Below, piece by piece: positions 32,211 through 42,979 of a stretch of DNA of 63,346 nt. The notes under the pieces were generated by a model. It ran no database searches, was not told the origin of the DNA, and worked only from the letters and a program-made list of their open reading frames with translations. How positions within the stretch are numbered: the stretch's first letter is position 1; each line of letters starts with the position of its first letter. Origin of the DNA: an uncultured Verrucomicrobiae bacterium (lineage in GTDB: Bacteria; Verrucomicrobiota; Verrucomicrobiia; Limisphaerales; JAFGQR01); contig CAWBHS010000012.1 in assembly GCA_963788655.1 (NCBI GenBank), positions 1 through 63,346 of the forward strand. The letters run 5' to 3'. Made by a program: the position numbers and the translations under genes.

Positions 32211-35200
32211 ATGGCATCGCATCTGAAATGGTTCTTCCGTCCAATCCAAATCGCCATGGGGTTCCTGCTGGCGGCCACTGCTTTGGTGAAGGCCCAGTCA
32301 TCGGCGATGCCGCCCGGAAGCCTGTTTGCCCGGAATCCGAATAACCGGCAGTGCCTGCTCATTGGCCCGATGGAACCGGGCAATGCGATTCGCAGCGGGG
32401 GCTGGCGCATGAAGAATCCGCGCATCGAAACCGCCGCCGGCCTGGAGCCCAAGGTCGGTCGAGCCGCTTTGGTATTCGCGGGCGAAGCGGAAATCGCCGG
32501 CAGCAAGGGCGACTTCACGATCCACGGGGACTTGCCCGGCGATACCGACGCGCTGGGCCTGTGGATTCACCTGGCCGCGGATGCCAACGTCGAGCGGGCA
32601 GGCATTCAGGTTTACGACGCCCAAAGCGAAGCGCTGATGATGCTCGTTCCGGCGGATTGGCTCGGCTGGAAATGGATTGAATTCGCGACGACCGGCGACT
32701 CCGTGCATCAATCCTATCCCCAGCCGAAGAAGAACTCCCGAATCGATTCGCCGCTGAAAAGCGTGAATGTGGTCTGGTTCGCCAAAGCACCGGGCGCCAC
32801 GCAGATCGCGGTGGACGGCCTGGTAGCGCTGGTGGACCGCACCGCACTGGGAGACAAAACGGGAGTCACCTTCAGCCTCTCCGCCCCCGACATTGTCCCA
32901 CCGGGCCAACCGATGCCCGCCAGCGTCCTGGCGGTTAATTACACGGACCAATCCGTTGATGTTGAGCTGGCCTATTCGTTACAGCGAGACTCGGCGTTGT
33001 ATTCAACGCCGTTGCCCGATCCGGTCGCGGGATCAAATCATGCGCTTGGAATGAAGAGTTGGTCGGTGGCGGATGGCGAAACGATTGAAACGGGTTCGCT
33101 GACCGATGGATTGCGCTGGACCGACGCCGGCACGGTTTACAAGACCGATCATTTCACGGAGGCCTTCCAATACGTGGAGTTGGATAAAGTACGGCGCATC
33201 ACGAAAATGTCCTGGCTGTCCGGCGACGCGAATCACACTTGGTTTGTGGACGTGGCTGCTTCGCAAAATGGTCAGAAGTTCAATCCGGTCGAAGGACTCC
33301 AGAACGTAAATCAGTACAAGCAATGGGGCTGGCAAGATTATCCACTAACGTCGCCCTTCGAAGCCAAGGTGATTCGCTTCCGCTACCACACGGGTGACCC
33401 GGACAAGAAGGTTCCCAATATTCGGTTCCCCTCCGAGTTGGCGCTTTACGACGGTGTGGCCGACGAGCGCGTCGAATTGCCGCAGGTTGGGGCCGTGCTC
33501 GAGGCCGGGACAATCCCAACGACGATCCCGGCCCGGTCATTTCGGTTGGTTGCGTTGCCGCTTCAGGCGACGATCGAGGCGGGTGCCTGCTTTCTGGGTC
33601 TGGACGCCACTGGATCAGGCCGGCGCACCTTGGACTACCGCCACCTGTTCATTGCCCCCAAGGCGGACGCAGCGCTGGTTTCAACCAATTCGCGGTTTGG
33701 ACTGAACGCCGCGCATCGCCCGTTGGCGCCCAAATTGCGCGACCTGGGGATTGGCTGGGTGCGCTTCGAGAACATGAAATGGCCCTTTGTTTCGCCCGCC
33801 CCGCAGCAGTATGCCTTCGACGGTTCCGTCGCCCCCTGGCATGTGAACACGGACGAGATTTTTGAAACCTATCACCGGAACGGATTGAACGTGTTGACCT
33901 ACATGTTCCTCACTCCGCATTGGGCTTCCAGCGCACCGCCGGACACCAAGCCGGATCGGGTGACCACGTTTCCGCCTAAAGATCCCGCATTGTTCGGTGA
34001 GTTCTGTTTCCAGACGGCGGCGCGCTACGGTAACAGGCGCCATCCGGCCGACACGTTGCTCAGCCGCGACAAGAAATCCGGCCTGGGTCTGGTGCATTAT
34101 TACGAGCTGTGGAATGAGCCAGGATTGAACCCGAAGCCCACCGCCACCTGGGGCGGTTGGTCGGCCTCGCTGGACGAGTATTACCAGATGATGCGTTATG
34201 GCGCCGAATCGATCAAGCGAGCCGACCCGACCGCCACGGTCACCAGTGCCGGCTATGCGGGCATCCAGGTCGAAACCGTCAACCGTTTGCGCACCTACAC
34301 GTATCCGGACGGAAAGCACCCGCTCGATTTCGTCGAGGTGCTCAATGTGCATTATTACTCCGGGCGGCAGCCCCCGGAAACCGCCACCGAGGATGGCAAC
34401 GCGCGGGTGCAAAGCAGCACCACGTTTCGCCAGGACCTCGAAGCGTTGACAACCTGGCGCGACCAATATGCCCCCAAGCTACCCATCTGGATGACGGAAA
34501 CCGGCTATGATTCGGACGGTCCCTTCGGCACGAGCGAGGCCGTGCAGGCCGCGCGGTTACCCCGAGTGGTGATGCTGTGCCTGGCCTTTGGCGTGGACAA
34601 AGTCTTCGTCTATCGCGAATCCGGTTCCACTCCCTCGATGCATGCCTGCTCCGGGCTGCTGCGGAACGACTTCACGGAGAAACCCTCCTGGTTCACCTTC
34701 GCCACGCTGGTCCGGCAGTTTGCCGCGGTGCAGGGCGGCGCCGAGCGGTTGCCGCACCCGGACGAACGCGTCTGGCTGTTGAAGTGGAATGCCGGCGGCG
34801 AACCGCTGCTGACCGCCTGGACGGTGGATGGCCAAGCCCGGTTGGGAGTTGACCTCGGACACTGTGAGATCACCGACGCATTTGGCGCACGTATCGAATC
34901 CAAGAACACGGCTGAATTGGAGCTCACGCCTTATCCGGTTTACCTCCGCAAGCTAAGCGCCAGCGCCGGATGGCGGGACTTGCTAAAGGCGTATGACGCA
35001 CAGCAACGCGAGCAGTTGAAGCGCCGCGAGCGGGCAAAGGCGTGCCGCAAATACCTCTACGACTTTGGCTCCGCCGAACGCTTGGGAACGCATCTGCTGG
35101 AAGGGATCAAGTTTCCCTACATTCCGGTCCAAGCCGCGGATGTTTGGAATGAGGCCCGAGGTTATGGTTTCAATTCGCCCGCCCTGCAAAATGAAAACCG

Positions 35201-35489
35201 CGCCTGGGACCGCTCGAAGCTCGACGGCGACGGTTGCCGGGTACGCGACGGCCTGCAATTCCGATTCCGCGTCGAGCCGGGAAAGTATCATTTGGCTGTT
35301 GGCTTCAGCCCGTTCGCGGAAAAATCAAACCTGCGGATCGAAGGATTGGCGGAAGCGTTGACGCTGCCGGTAACCAAGCGGAAGCCACTCATCAATACCG
35401 ATCTGGTCATCGCCACCCCGACGGTCCTCACGGTGTCGCACCCGGGCTACGGCGAAATCCGCTGGCTCAGCCTTGTCGAAAAGGAGTGA
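32211..35489 (+). CDS. modular clan GH-A (GH39/GH5-like) glycoside hydrolase with F5/8-type and other beta-sandwich modules
   Basis: LGIGWVRF, YELWNEP, NVHYY, PIWMTETGY. Confidence 0.7.
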   Translation: MASHLKWFFRPIQIAMGFLLAATALVKAQSSAMPPGSLFARNPNNRQCLLIGPMEPGNAIRSGGWRMKNPRIETAAGLEPKVGRAALVFAGEAEIAGSKGDFTIHGDLPGDTDALGLWIHLAADANVERAGIQVYDAQSEALMMLVPADWLGWKWIEFATTGDSVHQSYPQPKKNSRIDSPLKSVNVVWFAKAPGATQIAVDGLVALVDRTALGDKTGVTFSLSAPDIVPPGQPMPASVLAVNYTDQSVDVELAYSLQRDSALYSTPLPDPVAGSNHALGMKSWSVADGETIETGSLTDGLRWTDAGTVYKTDHFTEAFQYVELDKVRRITKMSWLSGDANHTWFVDVAASQNGQKFNPVEGLQNVNQYKQWGWQDYPLTSPFEAKVIRFRYHTGDPDKKVPNIRFPSELALYDGVADERVELPQVGAVLEAGTIPTTIPARSFRLVALPLQATIEAGACFLGLDATGSGRRTLDYRHLFIAPKADAALVSTNSRFGLNAAHRPLAPKLRDLGIGWVRFENMKWPFVSPAPQQYAFDGSVAPWHVNTDEIFETYHRNGLNVLTYMFLTPHWASSAPPDTKPDRVTTFPPKDPALFGEFCFQTAARYGNRRHPADTLLSRDKKSGLGLVHYYELWNEPGLNPKPTATWGGWSASLDEYYQMMRYGAESIKRADPTATVTSAGYAGIQVETVNRLRTYTYPDGKHPLDFVEVLNVHYYSGRQPPETATEDGNARVQSSTTFRQDLEALTTWRDQYAPKLPIWMTETGYDSDGPFGTSEAVQAARLPRVVMLCLAFGVDKVFVYRESGSTPSMHACSGLLRNDFTEKPSWFTFATLVRQFAAVQGGAERLPHPDERVWLLKWNAGGEPLLTAWTVDGQARLGVDLGHCEITDAFGARIESKNTAELELTPYPVYLRKLSASAGWRDLLKAYDAQQREQLKRRERAKACRKYLYDFGSAERLGTHLLEGIKFPYIPVQAADVWNEARGYGFNSPALQNENRAWDRSKLDGDGCRVRDGLQFRFRVEPGKYHLAVGFSPFAEKSNLRIEGLAEALTLPVTKRKPLINTDLVIATPTVLTVSHPGYGEIRWLSLVEKE

Positions 35490-35545
35490 TCGCTGAATTA
35501 CCACCCGACAAGGCGCGGAGTTGAATTCTGGCAGGCGCCGGCTGT

Positions 35546-36268
35546 TCAGTCGTAATTGGGAAAATTGGGCGCCTGAGCCGCTCGCGTCATGGCGCGAGCC
35601 AGCATCAAGCCCCGCCAGCAATTCATGAGAATGAACGCCGCCATGATGCCCAGCCAGACCGAGTGTACGAACACGGCCAACGCGACCAAAGCGATGACCC
35701 CCACAAAACCAATCATCGAAGTCACCAACAGGCTGCGGGCGCGGCCGAGCGGGAACCAGAGCAGCGAGCGCAGGATCTGTCCACCATCGAGCGGATAGAT
35801 GGGCAGCAGATTGAAGATCAGCAACGCGAGATTGACCCACCAGATCGTATAGAGAAACGTGTGCAAATTGGGCATGGCCAACGGGTCGATCAACAAACCG
35901 ATCACCACACGGAGAAAGGTGAGGACGGGAATGAGGGCGACGTTCACCAGGGGCCCGGCGGCGATGCTCCACAACGTGGCCCCGGGACGCGGCGGCGGAT
36001 TCACATACGCCACACCGCCCAACGGCCAGAGCACGATTTGATCGGCTTGACCACCCACCTGCTGGCACGCCAGCGAGTGGCCAAATTCGTGGGTCAGCAC
36101 AATCGCAAACAGCGCCACATACTCCAGGACGTTCCACACGAGCGACGTATATACCGTAGCGCGGAGGCTGATGGCATAAACCACCACCAGAAACCACGAC
36201 CAGTGCAGAAATACGTCGATTCCCGCAAAGCGGAACAAATGAAATGAGCCTTGTCGAGTGGGCAACAT
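35546..36268 (-). CDS. site-2 protease (M50, SpoIVFB-like)
   Basis: GIDVFLHWSW, HEFGH, LWPLGG, AGPLVN, NLLPIYPLDGG. Confidence 0.9.
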   Translation of the reverse strand: MLPTRQGSFHLFRFAGIDVFLHWSWFLVVVYAISLRATVYTSLVWNVLEYVALFAIVLTHEFGHSLACQQVGGQADQIVLWPLGGVAYVNPPPRPGATLWSIAAGPLVNVALIPVLTFLRVVIGLLIDPLAMPNLHTFLYTIWWVNLALLIFNLLPIYPLDGGQILRSLLWFPLGRARSLLVTSMIGFVGVIALVALAVFVHSVWLGIMAAFILMNCWRGLMLARAMTRAAQAPNFPNYD

Positions 36269-36502
36269 ACGCGGGCAATAAACACGCAGGAACCGGCGGC
36301 GGCAAGTTTTTCGAGCGTTTAGATTGCTGGCGGAGATAAAGAAACATGGCGCAGTTTGGTTCACCGCGGTGACAAACAGCTTGGTTCGCCAGCAGGTTTT
36401 GCTGGACCGCAGGCGACTTGCATCTGGTTTGGGCTCGCAGGAAAGGCATTCCTCCCGGTCGATAAAACTCTGCGATGCACCGCGGCGCCGGCGCAAACGC
36501 GG

Positions 36503-36590
36503 CAGCGTCTTGGAGTGCGGCAGTCCTCTGCCGCTTTTGAATGTCCCACCGCCTCCCAAAAGCGGCAGAGGACTGCCGCACTCCAAAACC
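36503..36590. repeat. REP-like inverted repeat pair
   Basis: TTGGAGTGCGGCAGTCCTCTGCCGCTTT ... AAAGCGGCAGAGGACTGCCGCACTCCAA. Confidence 0.85.
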
Positions 36591-36651
36591 TGGCGGCCAT
36601 TCGTATGGCCCTTTTCAATGTTGCAGTCCCACCTTGTGGTAGCGCTGAGTT

Positions 36652-37440
36652 TCAATCCGTGGCACCACACTGCGGCGATATTTCCGCCACCGGCAGGCCA
36701 AAAGATTTTAGAAACTCGTCCGTAGGCGCTTGGATGTGGACAGGCTTTCGTTGAAACGGATCAAAGTAGCCCAGGCTCACGGCACGCAAACCAAGCGGAA
36801 AGCGGGAACGGTTTCGTGAGGACGCCGTTTTCGCAGAGTCTGCTGCCGGCCCATAGAGACGATCACCCACGACGGGATGTCCCGCCGCGAGCAGGTGAAC
36901 GCGAATTTGATGGGTACGCCCCGTGACGGGCCGGGCTTCGATCAACGATCTTTGGCCCTGGGTGTGCAGCACGCGAAAGAACGTCTCGGCCTCCTTCCCA
37001 TCGTGCGGGGCAACCATGATCCGTCCGATTTGCCGGGGATCGCGACCCAGCCGGGCCCCACAGGTCCATTCGGTCGATTGGGGGACACCATGCACCACGG
37101 CGAGATACCGTTTCTCCATTTTTCGCGACTCAAACAAGTCCGCGTAGGTGTTGACCGCCCCGAGGCTTTTTGCAAATAAAAGGATGCCCGTGGTGTCGCC
37201 ATCCAGCCGATGCACGTGCCGGAGGAATTTGAGGTTGCGCGATTTGGCCCAGAAGTCTCGCGCGGCGATGGACGAAGTGATGGCCGCCTGGAGATTGCGT
37301 TGCGTGCGTTGCCAGGAAAATGGCACCAGCATCCAGCCCGCCGGTTTGTCGATGGCGATCACCGACCGGTCCTCGTAGAGAATCGGCAGCCGGGTCAGAT
37401 CCCGTTTGCGGCCCAGTTCAATAAATTGCGGTCGTGCCAC
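36652..37440 (-). CDS. RluA family pseudouridine synthase
   Basis: DKPAG, VHRLDGDTTG, TGRTHQIRVH, GHPVVGD. Confidence 0.9.
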   Translation of the reverse strand: MARPQFIELGRKRDLTRLPILYEDRSVIAIDKPAGWMLVPFSWQRTQRNLQAAITSSIAARDFWAKSRNLKFLRHVHRLDGDTTGILLFAKSLGAVNTYADLFESRKMEKRYLAVVHGVPQSTEWTCGARLGRDPRQIGRIMVAPHDGKEAETFFRVLHTQGQRSLIEARPVTGRTHQIRVHLLAAGHPVVGDRLYGPAADSAKTASSRNRSRFPLGLRAVSLGYFDPFQRKPVHIQAPTDEFLKSFGLPVAEISPQCGATD

Positions 37441-37547
37441 AACGCCAGGATACCGGAGGGTCCGCAGGATCGAAATGAGATTTCCGAAACCAGTTTAAGC
37501 TTGAGCCGCGGGCCGAAACCGCCTAAAGCCGGGCGGCAACATTAACT

Positions 37548-38685
37548 GTGATGACCGCTAAAGAACTGCAATCCATTGCCAAGCAATTCGGCACCCCCGT
37601 GGTGGTGGTGGACCATGATATCATTCGCCGAAACTACGCCGCGTTCCGCAAGCACCTGCCCAAGGTCCAGGCCTATTACGCGGTGAAGGCCAATCCGGCA
37701 CCGGAAATCGTACGCACGCTGTACCAGGCCGGCGCCAGTTTCGACGTGGCCTCGCTGCCGGAGTTCATGCTGGTTTACGAAGACATTCAGACGCTGCCGC
37801 CCAAGGAGCAGCAGGATTTCATTTGGGACAAAATCATTTACGCCAATCCCACCAAGCCCAAGGAAACGTTAAAAGTCCTCGACCAATACAAGCCCCTGGT
37901 CACTTACGACAATCCCACCGAGTTGCAGAAGATCAAGCAGCACGCGCCGCACGCCGGCCTGGTGTTGCGGTTGCGGGTGCCGAACACCGGGTCGATGGTG
38001 GAACTGTCGTCCAAGTTCGGCTGCGATCCCGGCGAGGCGGTGGACTTGATCCTCGAAGGCTTCCGGCATGGGACTGGTGGTGGAGGGGATCAGTTTTCAC
38101 GTCGGCAGCCAATGCACCAACTTCGAAAACTTCGTGCAGGCGCTGAACATGGCCGCCGCGGTGATCCAGGAAGCCAAGTCCCGCGGGCACGCAATCAAAA
38201 TTCTCGACATTGGCGGTGGTTTTCCGGCGCCGTATGACAAACACGTGAAGCCGTTCGAACAACTGGCGCGGAAGATTAACGCCGAGATTGACCGGTTGTT
38301 CAGTCCCGAAATCCAGATCCTGGCCGAACCGGGCCGGTTCATCGTGGCCACGGCCGCGACCTCGGTGGCGCGGATTATTGGCAAGGCCGTCCGGGACGGC
38401 AAACCGTGTTACTACATTGACGACAGTGTTTACCACACGTTCAGTGGCATCATTTTTGACCATTGCCAATATCACGTGAAGGCCTTCAAGAAAGGCCGAA
38501 TGGAAATCTGTGCGGTGTTTGGACAGACGTGTGATGGGCTGGATACCATTTCCCAGTCCGAGGAATTACCGAAGCTGGAAATCGACGATCTGGTGTACGC
38601 GGTGAACATCGGCGCCTACAGCAACGCCTCAGCCACGTGGTTCAACGGTTTTCCGCCGGCAAAAGTCGTGCATGTGAACACGTGA
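37548..38685 (+). CDS. type III PLP ornithine/lysine decarboxylase (frameshift near 38067)
   Basis: YYAVKAN, FDVAS, SKFG, SFHVGSQ, DIGGGF, EPGRF, GQTCDGLD, GAY. Confidence 0.85.
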
Positions 38686-39042
38686 CAAAAGCGAAGAATT
38701 GACCAGTTTCCTTGGCCCCATCGGCGCGCGACATCGGTGTCACTGGCGAGGGTGCCATTGACAGCGCCCGAGGTGATTACGCTCCCTGTCGGAATGGGGA
38801 GCACGGGCGCCCCGCCCGTCCCCCGGTGCGCCTCGCACCGGTCGTCGGGCAAGTTGGAGAGAGTCTTGTAATAAATCGAGCGCCCCCGCCCATCCGGCTC
38901 AACGGCGAGGCGCCGTTGACAGCGCCCGAGGCGGGCGCGCTCCCCAAAAAGAATGAGCAATACCCAAAATGACCCGCGTTGCGGCGAGCGGCGGCTCAGA
39001 TTCGAAGGGGAGTTTCGGAATTGGGCCTGCGGTGGGGCTTGG

Positions 39043-39984
39043 TCACTGGACGCTGCTTATTCCAGGCGACGTGGCGGATTTCAGCGAGCGGACATACAGC
39101 CAGTTCCCTAATGGAACCAGCACGGCGGCGGTCGCCAGGCCGGCGAGGACATCCACCACGTAATGATAGCGGCAATAGACCGTGGCGCAGCACAGAAGAA
39201 TCGCCACGGCTAAGTGCCAGTAGCGGATGGGGCGCAGATAACGAAACGAGAAATACACCGTACACAGTGCCACCGCCACGTGGCTGCTGGGAAACGCGGC
39301 GCCGGGCGCCTCGAACACCCGGTAGATGAAGGCCATGAGTTGAAAGAACATCCCCGATTTCACCGCGGCTGGATAGACATCCGTGGCGGCCAGGATTTGA
39401 ACTTCAGGGGGGAGAGTATATCCTTCAATTTCGCGAAAAAACACCCGCGGTCCAATCACTGGGAGAAAGATGTAAACGATGTAACAAATATAAAAAACAA
39501 ACGAAACGATGGAGACGTAGTGAAAGAACTGCCGGCGGTTTCGAAAAAACAACGCCAATCCCACCCCAGCGATCATGATGTAATACGAAAAATAGGCAGC
39601 GTAGAACATCTCGCTAACCGCCAAATAGGGAAGTTTATCCATGAACAGCACGCTGGGCTGGATGCCAAAGAGGGCCTGGTCCCACGCGATAACCATCGGA
39701 TCCATGTAGTCCGTGACCAACATCCGATTCAGCATGCCCGTTTCCCGAAAGAACGCCGTGTACAGCAACACAGGATAAAAGTGGCGAAAAAAATCGAGGA
39801 TCTTGCCCGCGCGGCCGCGACCGTGTCGCTGGATCAACCAATGGACTGCCACCACACAGGCGGCGTGTCCGGCCAGCATCCATTGCCAACTCGGGACGGT
39901 GTCATTGTGCAGCAGCATCATCAGCAAGCCCGCCAACACGGTGTAACCTTGCGTGGCGTAATCGACAAAGGTGTAGTGCTTCAC
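39043..39984 (-). CDS. PAP2-superfamily membrane enzyme, inositol-phosphorylceramide synthase (AUR1)-like
   Basis: multiple TM helices; PVIGP, AAFPSSHVA, HYVVD; located in the spt cluster. Confidence 0.7.
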   Translation of the reverse strand: MKHYTFVDYATQGYTVLAGLLMMLLHNDTVPSWQWMLAGHAACVVAVHWLIQRHGRGRAGKILDFFRHFYPVLLYTAFFRETGMLNRMLVTDYMDPMVIAWDQALFGIQPSVLFMDKLPYLAVSEMFYAAYFSYYIMIAGVGLALFFRNRRQFFHYVSIVSFVFYICYIVYIFLPVIGPRVFFREIEGYTLPPEVQILAATDVYPAAVKSGMFFQLMAFIYRVFEAPGAAFPSSHVAVALCTVYFSFRYLRPIRYWHLAVAILLCCATVYCRYHYVVDVLAGLATAAVLVPLGNWLYVRSLKSATSPGISSVQ

Positions 39985-40156
39985 GGCGTGGCTGGTGGTG
40001 GAAATGGACCTCTGACTTGGCGGGCTCTCAGCGCAGGCCGAAAGGTTTGGCGCCAGCCAGGGTGCCCGCTACCATGGGTGCCATCTTTTGGCCAAAACCG
40101 TCTCATCCGCAATCGTGGAGTGCAGAGGACTATGCGCCCAACCTCGAACCCCATCA

Positions 40157-41140
40157 TCACAACCACCCCTCCTGGCGGTACCACGCCAAGGTCTCGGCAA
40201 TGCCGTCCGCGAACGGGGTGGCAGCCACCACGCCAAGTTCTTCGCGCAACCGGGTGGGATCACATACCCAACCCGGAGCGCGCAGTTCGGGATATTTCTG
40301 CAAACCCAGCACGTGCGCCTGGCGCGTCAGTTGCGAAATGGCTTCTTGAGCGAGGCAAACCGGCCACAACAGTGGCACCGGCAGCGGTAATGTAACTGTC
40401 CACGTCTTCAGTTGCCGGGCAATTTCCCGCGCAAACTCATCGCCCGGCAACACCGTCGGTGACGCCACGTAATACGTGCGACCCGTCGCCGCCGGATGCG
40501 TGAGACAACTCAACACGGCGTCCGCCAGGTCTTTTACATACACCATGCTCAACGCCGCAATGCCGCCCAGGAAATGAGGAATGACGTGAGCTTTGACCGC
40601 TTGGAAGAGTGACAAAAAACCGTCGTCGCGCGGCCCATACACCGCGGGCGGGCGGACAATAACGTATGGCACCTGGCAGATCGACTTCACTGCCTCTTCA
40701 CCGCCGAGCTTGCTCTGGCCGTAATCGGAAATCGGCTGCGGGGAATCGTCCTCCCTCGCGGGCTTGGCCGGCAACGCCGGACCACCGACTGCCAGGCTCG
40801 AAATATGGACCAGACGCTGGATGGAGTCGCGGTGCTGGCTGACGGCCTCGGCCACATTGCGGCTGCCGAACTGGTTGCCCTGGTAAAAGTCGCTTCGCCG
40901 AAGGGCCTTGGTCAAGCCGGCGCCATGAATCACATGGGTAATCCCGCGCAGCGCCCGGCGGAGGCTTTCGGGATCGCCAATGGAACCGGTGCGAACTTCA
41001 AGGGTGGGTAAGTGCGCCCGAAGGAATCGCGGATTACTGGTCGAGCGCAAGAGCACCGCCGTATCGATATTCCGGTTCCGTAATACATCCAGAATATGGC
41101 TTCCCACGAAGCCGCTCGCACCGGTGAGAAGAACTTTCAT
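40157..41140 (-). CDS. NAD-dependent epimerase/dehydratase family, candidate ceramide reductase CerR
   Basis: TGASGFVG, HISSLA, YGQSK, RPPAVYGPRD; directly downstream of spt. Confidence 0.7.
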   Translation of the reverse strand: MKVLLTGASGFVGSHILDVLRNRNIDTAVLLRSTSNPRFLRAHLPTLEVRTGSIGDPESLRRALRGITHVIHGAGLTKALRRSDFYQGNQFGSRNVAEAVSQHRDSIQRLVHISSLAVGGPALPAKPAREDDSPQPISDYGQSKLGGEEAVKSICQVPYVIVRPPAVYGPRDDGFLSLFQAVKAHVIPHFLGGIAALSMVYVKDLADAVLSCLTHPAATGRTYYVASPTVLPGDEFAREIARQLKTWTVTLPLPVPLLWPVCLAQEAISQLTRQAHVLGLQKYPELRAPGWVCDPTRLREELGVVAATPFADGIAETLAWYRQEGWL

Positions 41141-41209
41141 GCGCCGCGGGGAGGAACGGGCCAACCCGCCAGTACCGTTGCCAGGACGAGCATCGTGAAA
41201 GGATTCCGG

Positions 41210-42532
41210 TTAGCGCAGTCCCAGCTCTCGGCCCACCTTGCCGAGCTTGTCGAGCGCGAAATCGATTTGCCGGTCCGTATGGTTGGCCATCAGGCTGATG
41301 CGGATCAATTCCTGGCCCACCGGCACGGCGGGAGAAACCACCGGATTTACAAACACGCCCTCTTCCTCGAGGCGCTTGCACATTTTGAATGCGGCCATGA
41401 GATCGCGGCAATACACCGGGAGGATCGGGGTTTCCGACTCACCGAGATCAAAGCCCAGCGAAGCCAGACCACCTTTCATGCGCTCGGTGTTCCGCCAGAG
41501 CTGCGCCATGCGTTCCGGTTCGGCGCGCATGATTTCCAGCGCCGCCAGCACGGCCGCAGCGTTGGCGGGGCTCATACTGGCGCTAAAGATCAAGGGGCGG
41601 GAATGGTGCTTGAGGTAGTCAATCGTGGCGGCGTCGGACGCGATGAAGCCGCCCAGGCTCGCCAGCGATTTGCTGAACGTGCCCATGATCAAATGGACAT
41701 CGTCCGCTATTCCAAAATGACTGGAAGTCCCGGCGCCCGCTTGGCCCAGTACGCCGATGGCATGCGCGTCATCGATCATGACGGCCGCGCGATACTTCCG
41801 GGCCAACCGGCACAGGTCCGGCAATTGGATGATGTCGCCTTCCATGCTGAAGACGCCATCGACCACAATCAGTTTGCCAGCCTCGGGATCGAGCTTGCGC
41901 AACCGGTTCTCCAAGCCGGCCATGTCCTTGTGCGGAAAACGGACGAACTCCCCCTGCGACAGCAAGCATCCTTCCACGATGCTGGCGTGGTCGCTTTTGT
42001 CGGCCAGAACGTACTCGCCCTTGCCCACCAGGGAGCTGATAACTCCGAGATTGACCTGGAACCCGGTGCTGTAGAGCAGCACGGACTCCTTCTTTACCAG
42101 TTGGGCCAAGGCTTGCTCGAGTTCGAGATGAATGTCGAGCGAACCGTTCAGGAAGCGCGATCCCGCGCAACCGGTGCCGTACTTGGTTACCGCCGCGCGG
42201 GCGGCTTCTTTAATCTTTGGATGATTGGTAAGGCCCAGGTAACTATTGGAGCCCAGCATCAACACCTTTTTGCCGTTGATGATGACTTCGGTATCCTGGG
42301 CGGAAGAGATGGTGCGAAAATAGGGATATAAACCAAGCGCCCGCACCTGGGCGGCGCTACGGAAGTTCCGGACTTTGTTAAACAAGGACAAGTGGTTTCC
42401 GTCGCTCATCGACCGTCCTGGGTGGCGCCGATTATCGACCTGCCGGGATGCGGCGGGCGGCGGCAAAACGTTGGGTTCAGTTTTTTCCTTTCTGCCTTGT
42501 TCGAAGATTGCCATGGTATCTTGGGCAGCCAT
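41210..42532 (-). CDS. spt: serine palmitoyltransferase (AOS family; start uncertain)
   Basis: [41 protein letters not shown]. Confidence 0.75.
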   Translation of the reverse strand: MAAQDTMAIFEQGRKEKTEPNVLPPPAASRQVDNRRHPGRSMSDGNHLSLFNKVRNFRSAAQVRALGLYPYFRTISSAQDTEVIINGKKVLMLGSNSYLGLTNHPKIKEAARAAVTKYGTGCAGSRFLNGSLDIHLELEQALAQLVKKESVLLYSTGFQVNLGVISSLVGKGEYVLADKSDHASIVEGCLLSQGEFVRFPHKDMAGLENRLRKLDPEAGKLIVVDGVFSMEGDIIQLPDLCRLARKYRAAVMIDDAHAIGVLGQAGAGTSSHFGIADDVHLIMGTFSKSLASLGGFIASDAATIDYLKHHSRPLIFSASMSPANAAAVLAALEIMRAEPERMAQLWRNTERMKGGLASLGFDLGESETPILPVYCRDLMAAFKMCKRLEEEGVFVNPVVSPAVPVGQELIRISLMANHTDRQIDFALDKLGKVGRELGLR

Positions 42533-42979
42533 AGTGCGGAAAAGTTGGAGTGAATCAAAGTCAAAGGTTCAATTTGTCGGCCGCCGGGTTTCCACCGGGG
42601 CAAATTGTGCAGCCGCCCCGCCGCTACCCGCCGGCATCCCGCCACGCTCGCAACCAAAGCGGTCATCACGCGGAAAACCAATTGCCCGGCTCTTCTGGGT
42701 GCCAAAAGAGCCGCCTGTTCCCGCAGTGTTTGGGATTTGGTTACGATTTGCAAACACGATAGTCCCAAGCCTCAGTTTAAATGCCGCTTTCTGTCAATAT
42801 GTTTTAGCGGGCCTGACCCCCAAGAAAAAGCCGAATCGGCCCTTCCAATGTGCGGCCGGCCTCCGGCCAGCCATTTGGCAACGGGCACTTCGATCCGCCA
42901 CCCGCCGGACAATCGAACGCTTCCCTGGCAGTCGATTCTGCCGGCGAGACGCCGGCAGCACGTTGCGGCCGTGCCGGGT

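Noticed and set aside
36269..36670. N-terminal extension of the site-2 protease
   Set aside because: It runs through a REP palindrome; family similarity starts at MLPTRQG (36268).
39981..40184. Small ORF between the CerR-like and PAP2 genes as ACP or bCerS
   Set aside because: No DSL phosphopantetheine motif or GNAT features; probably non-coding.
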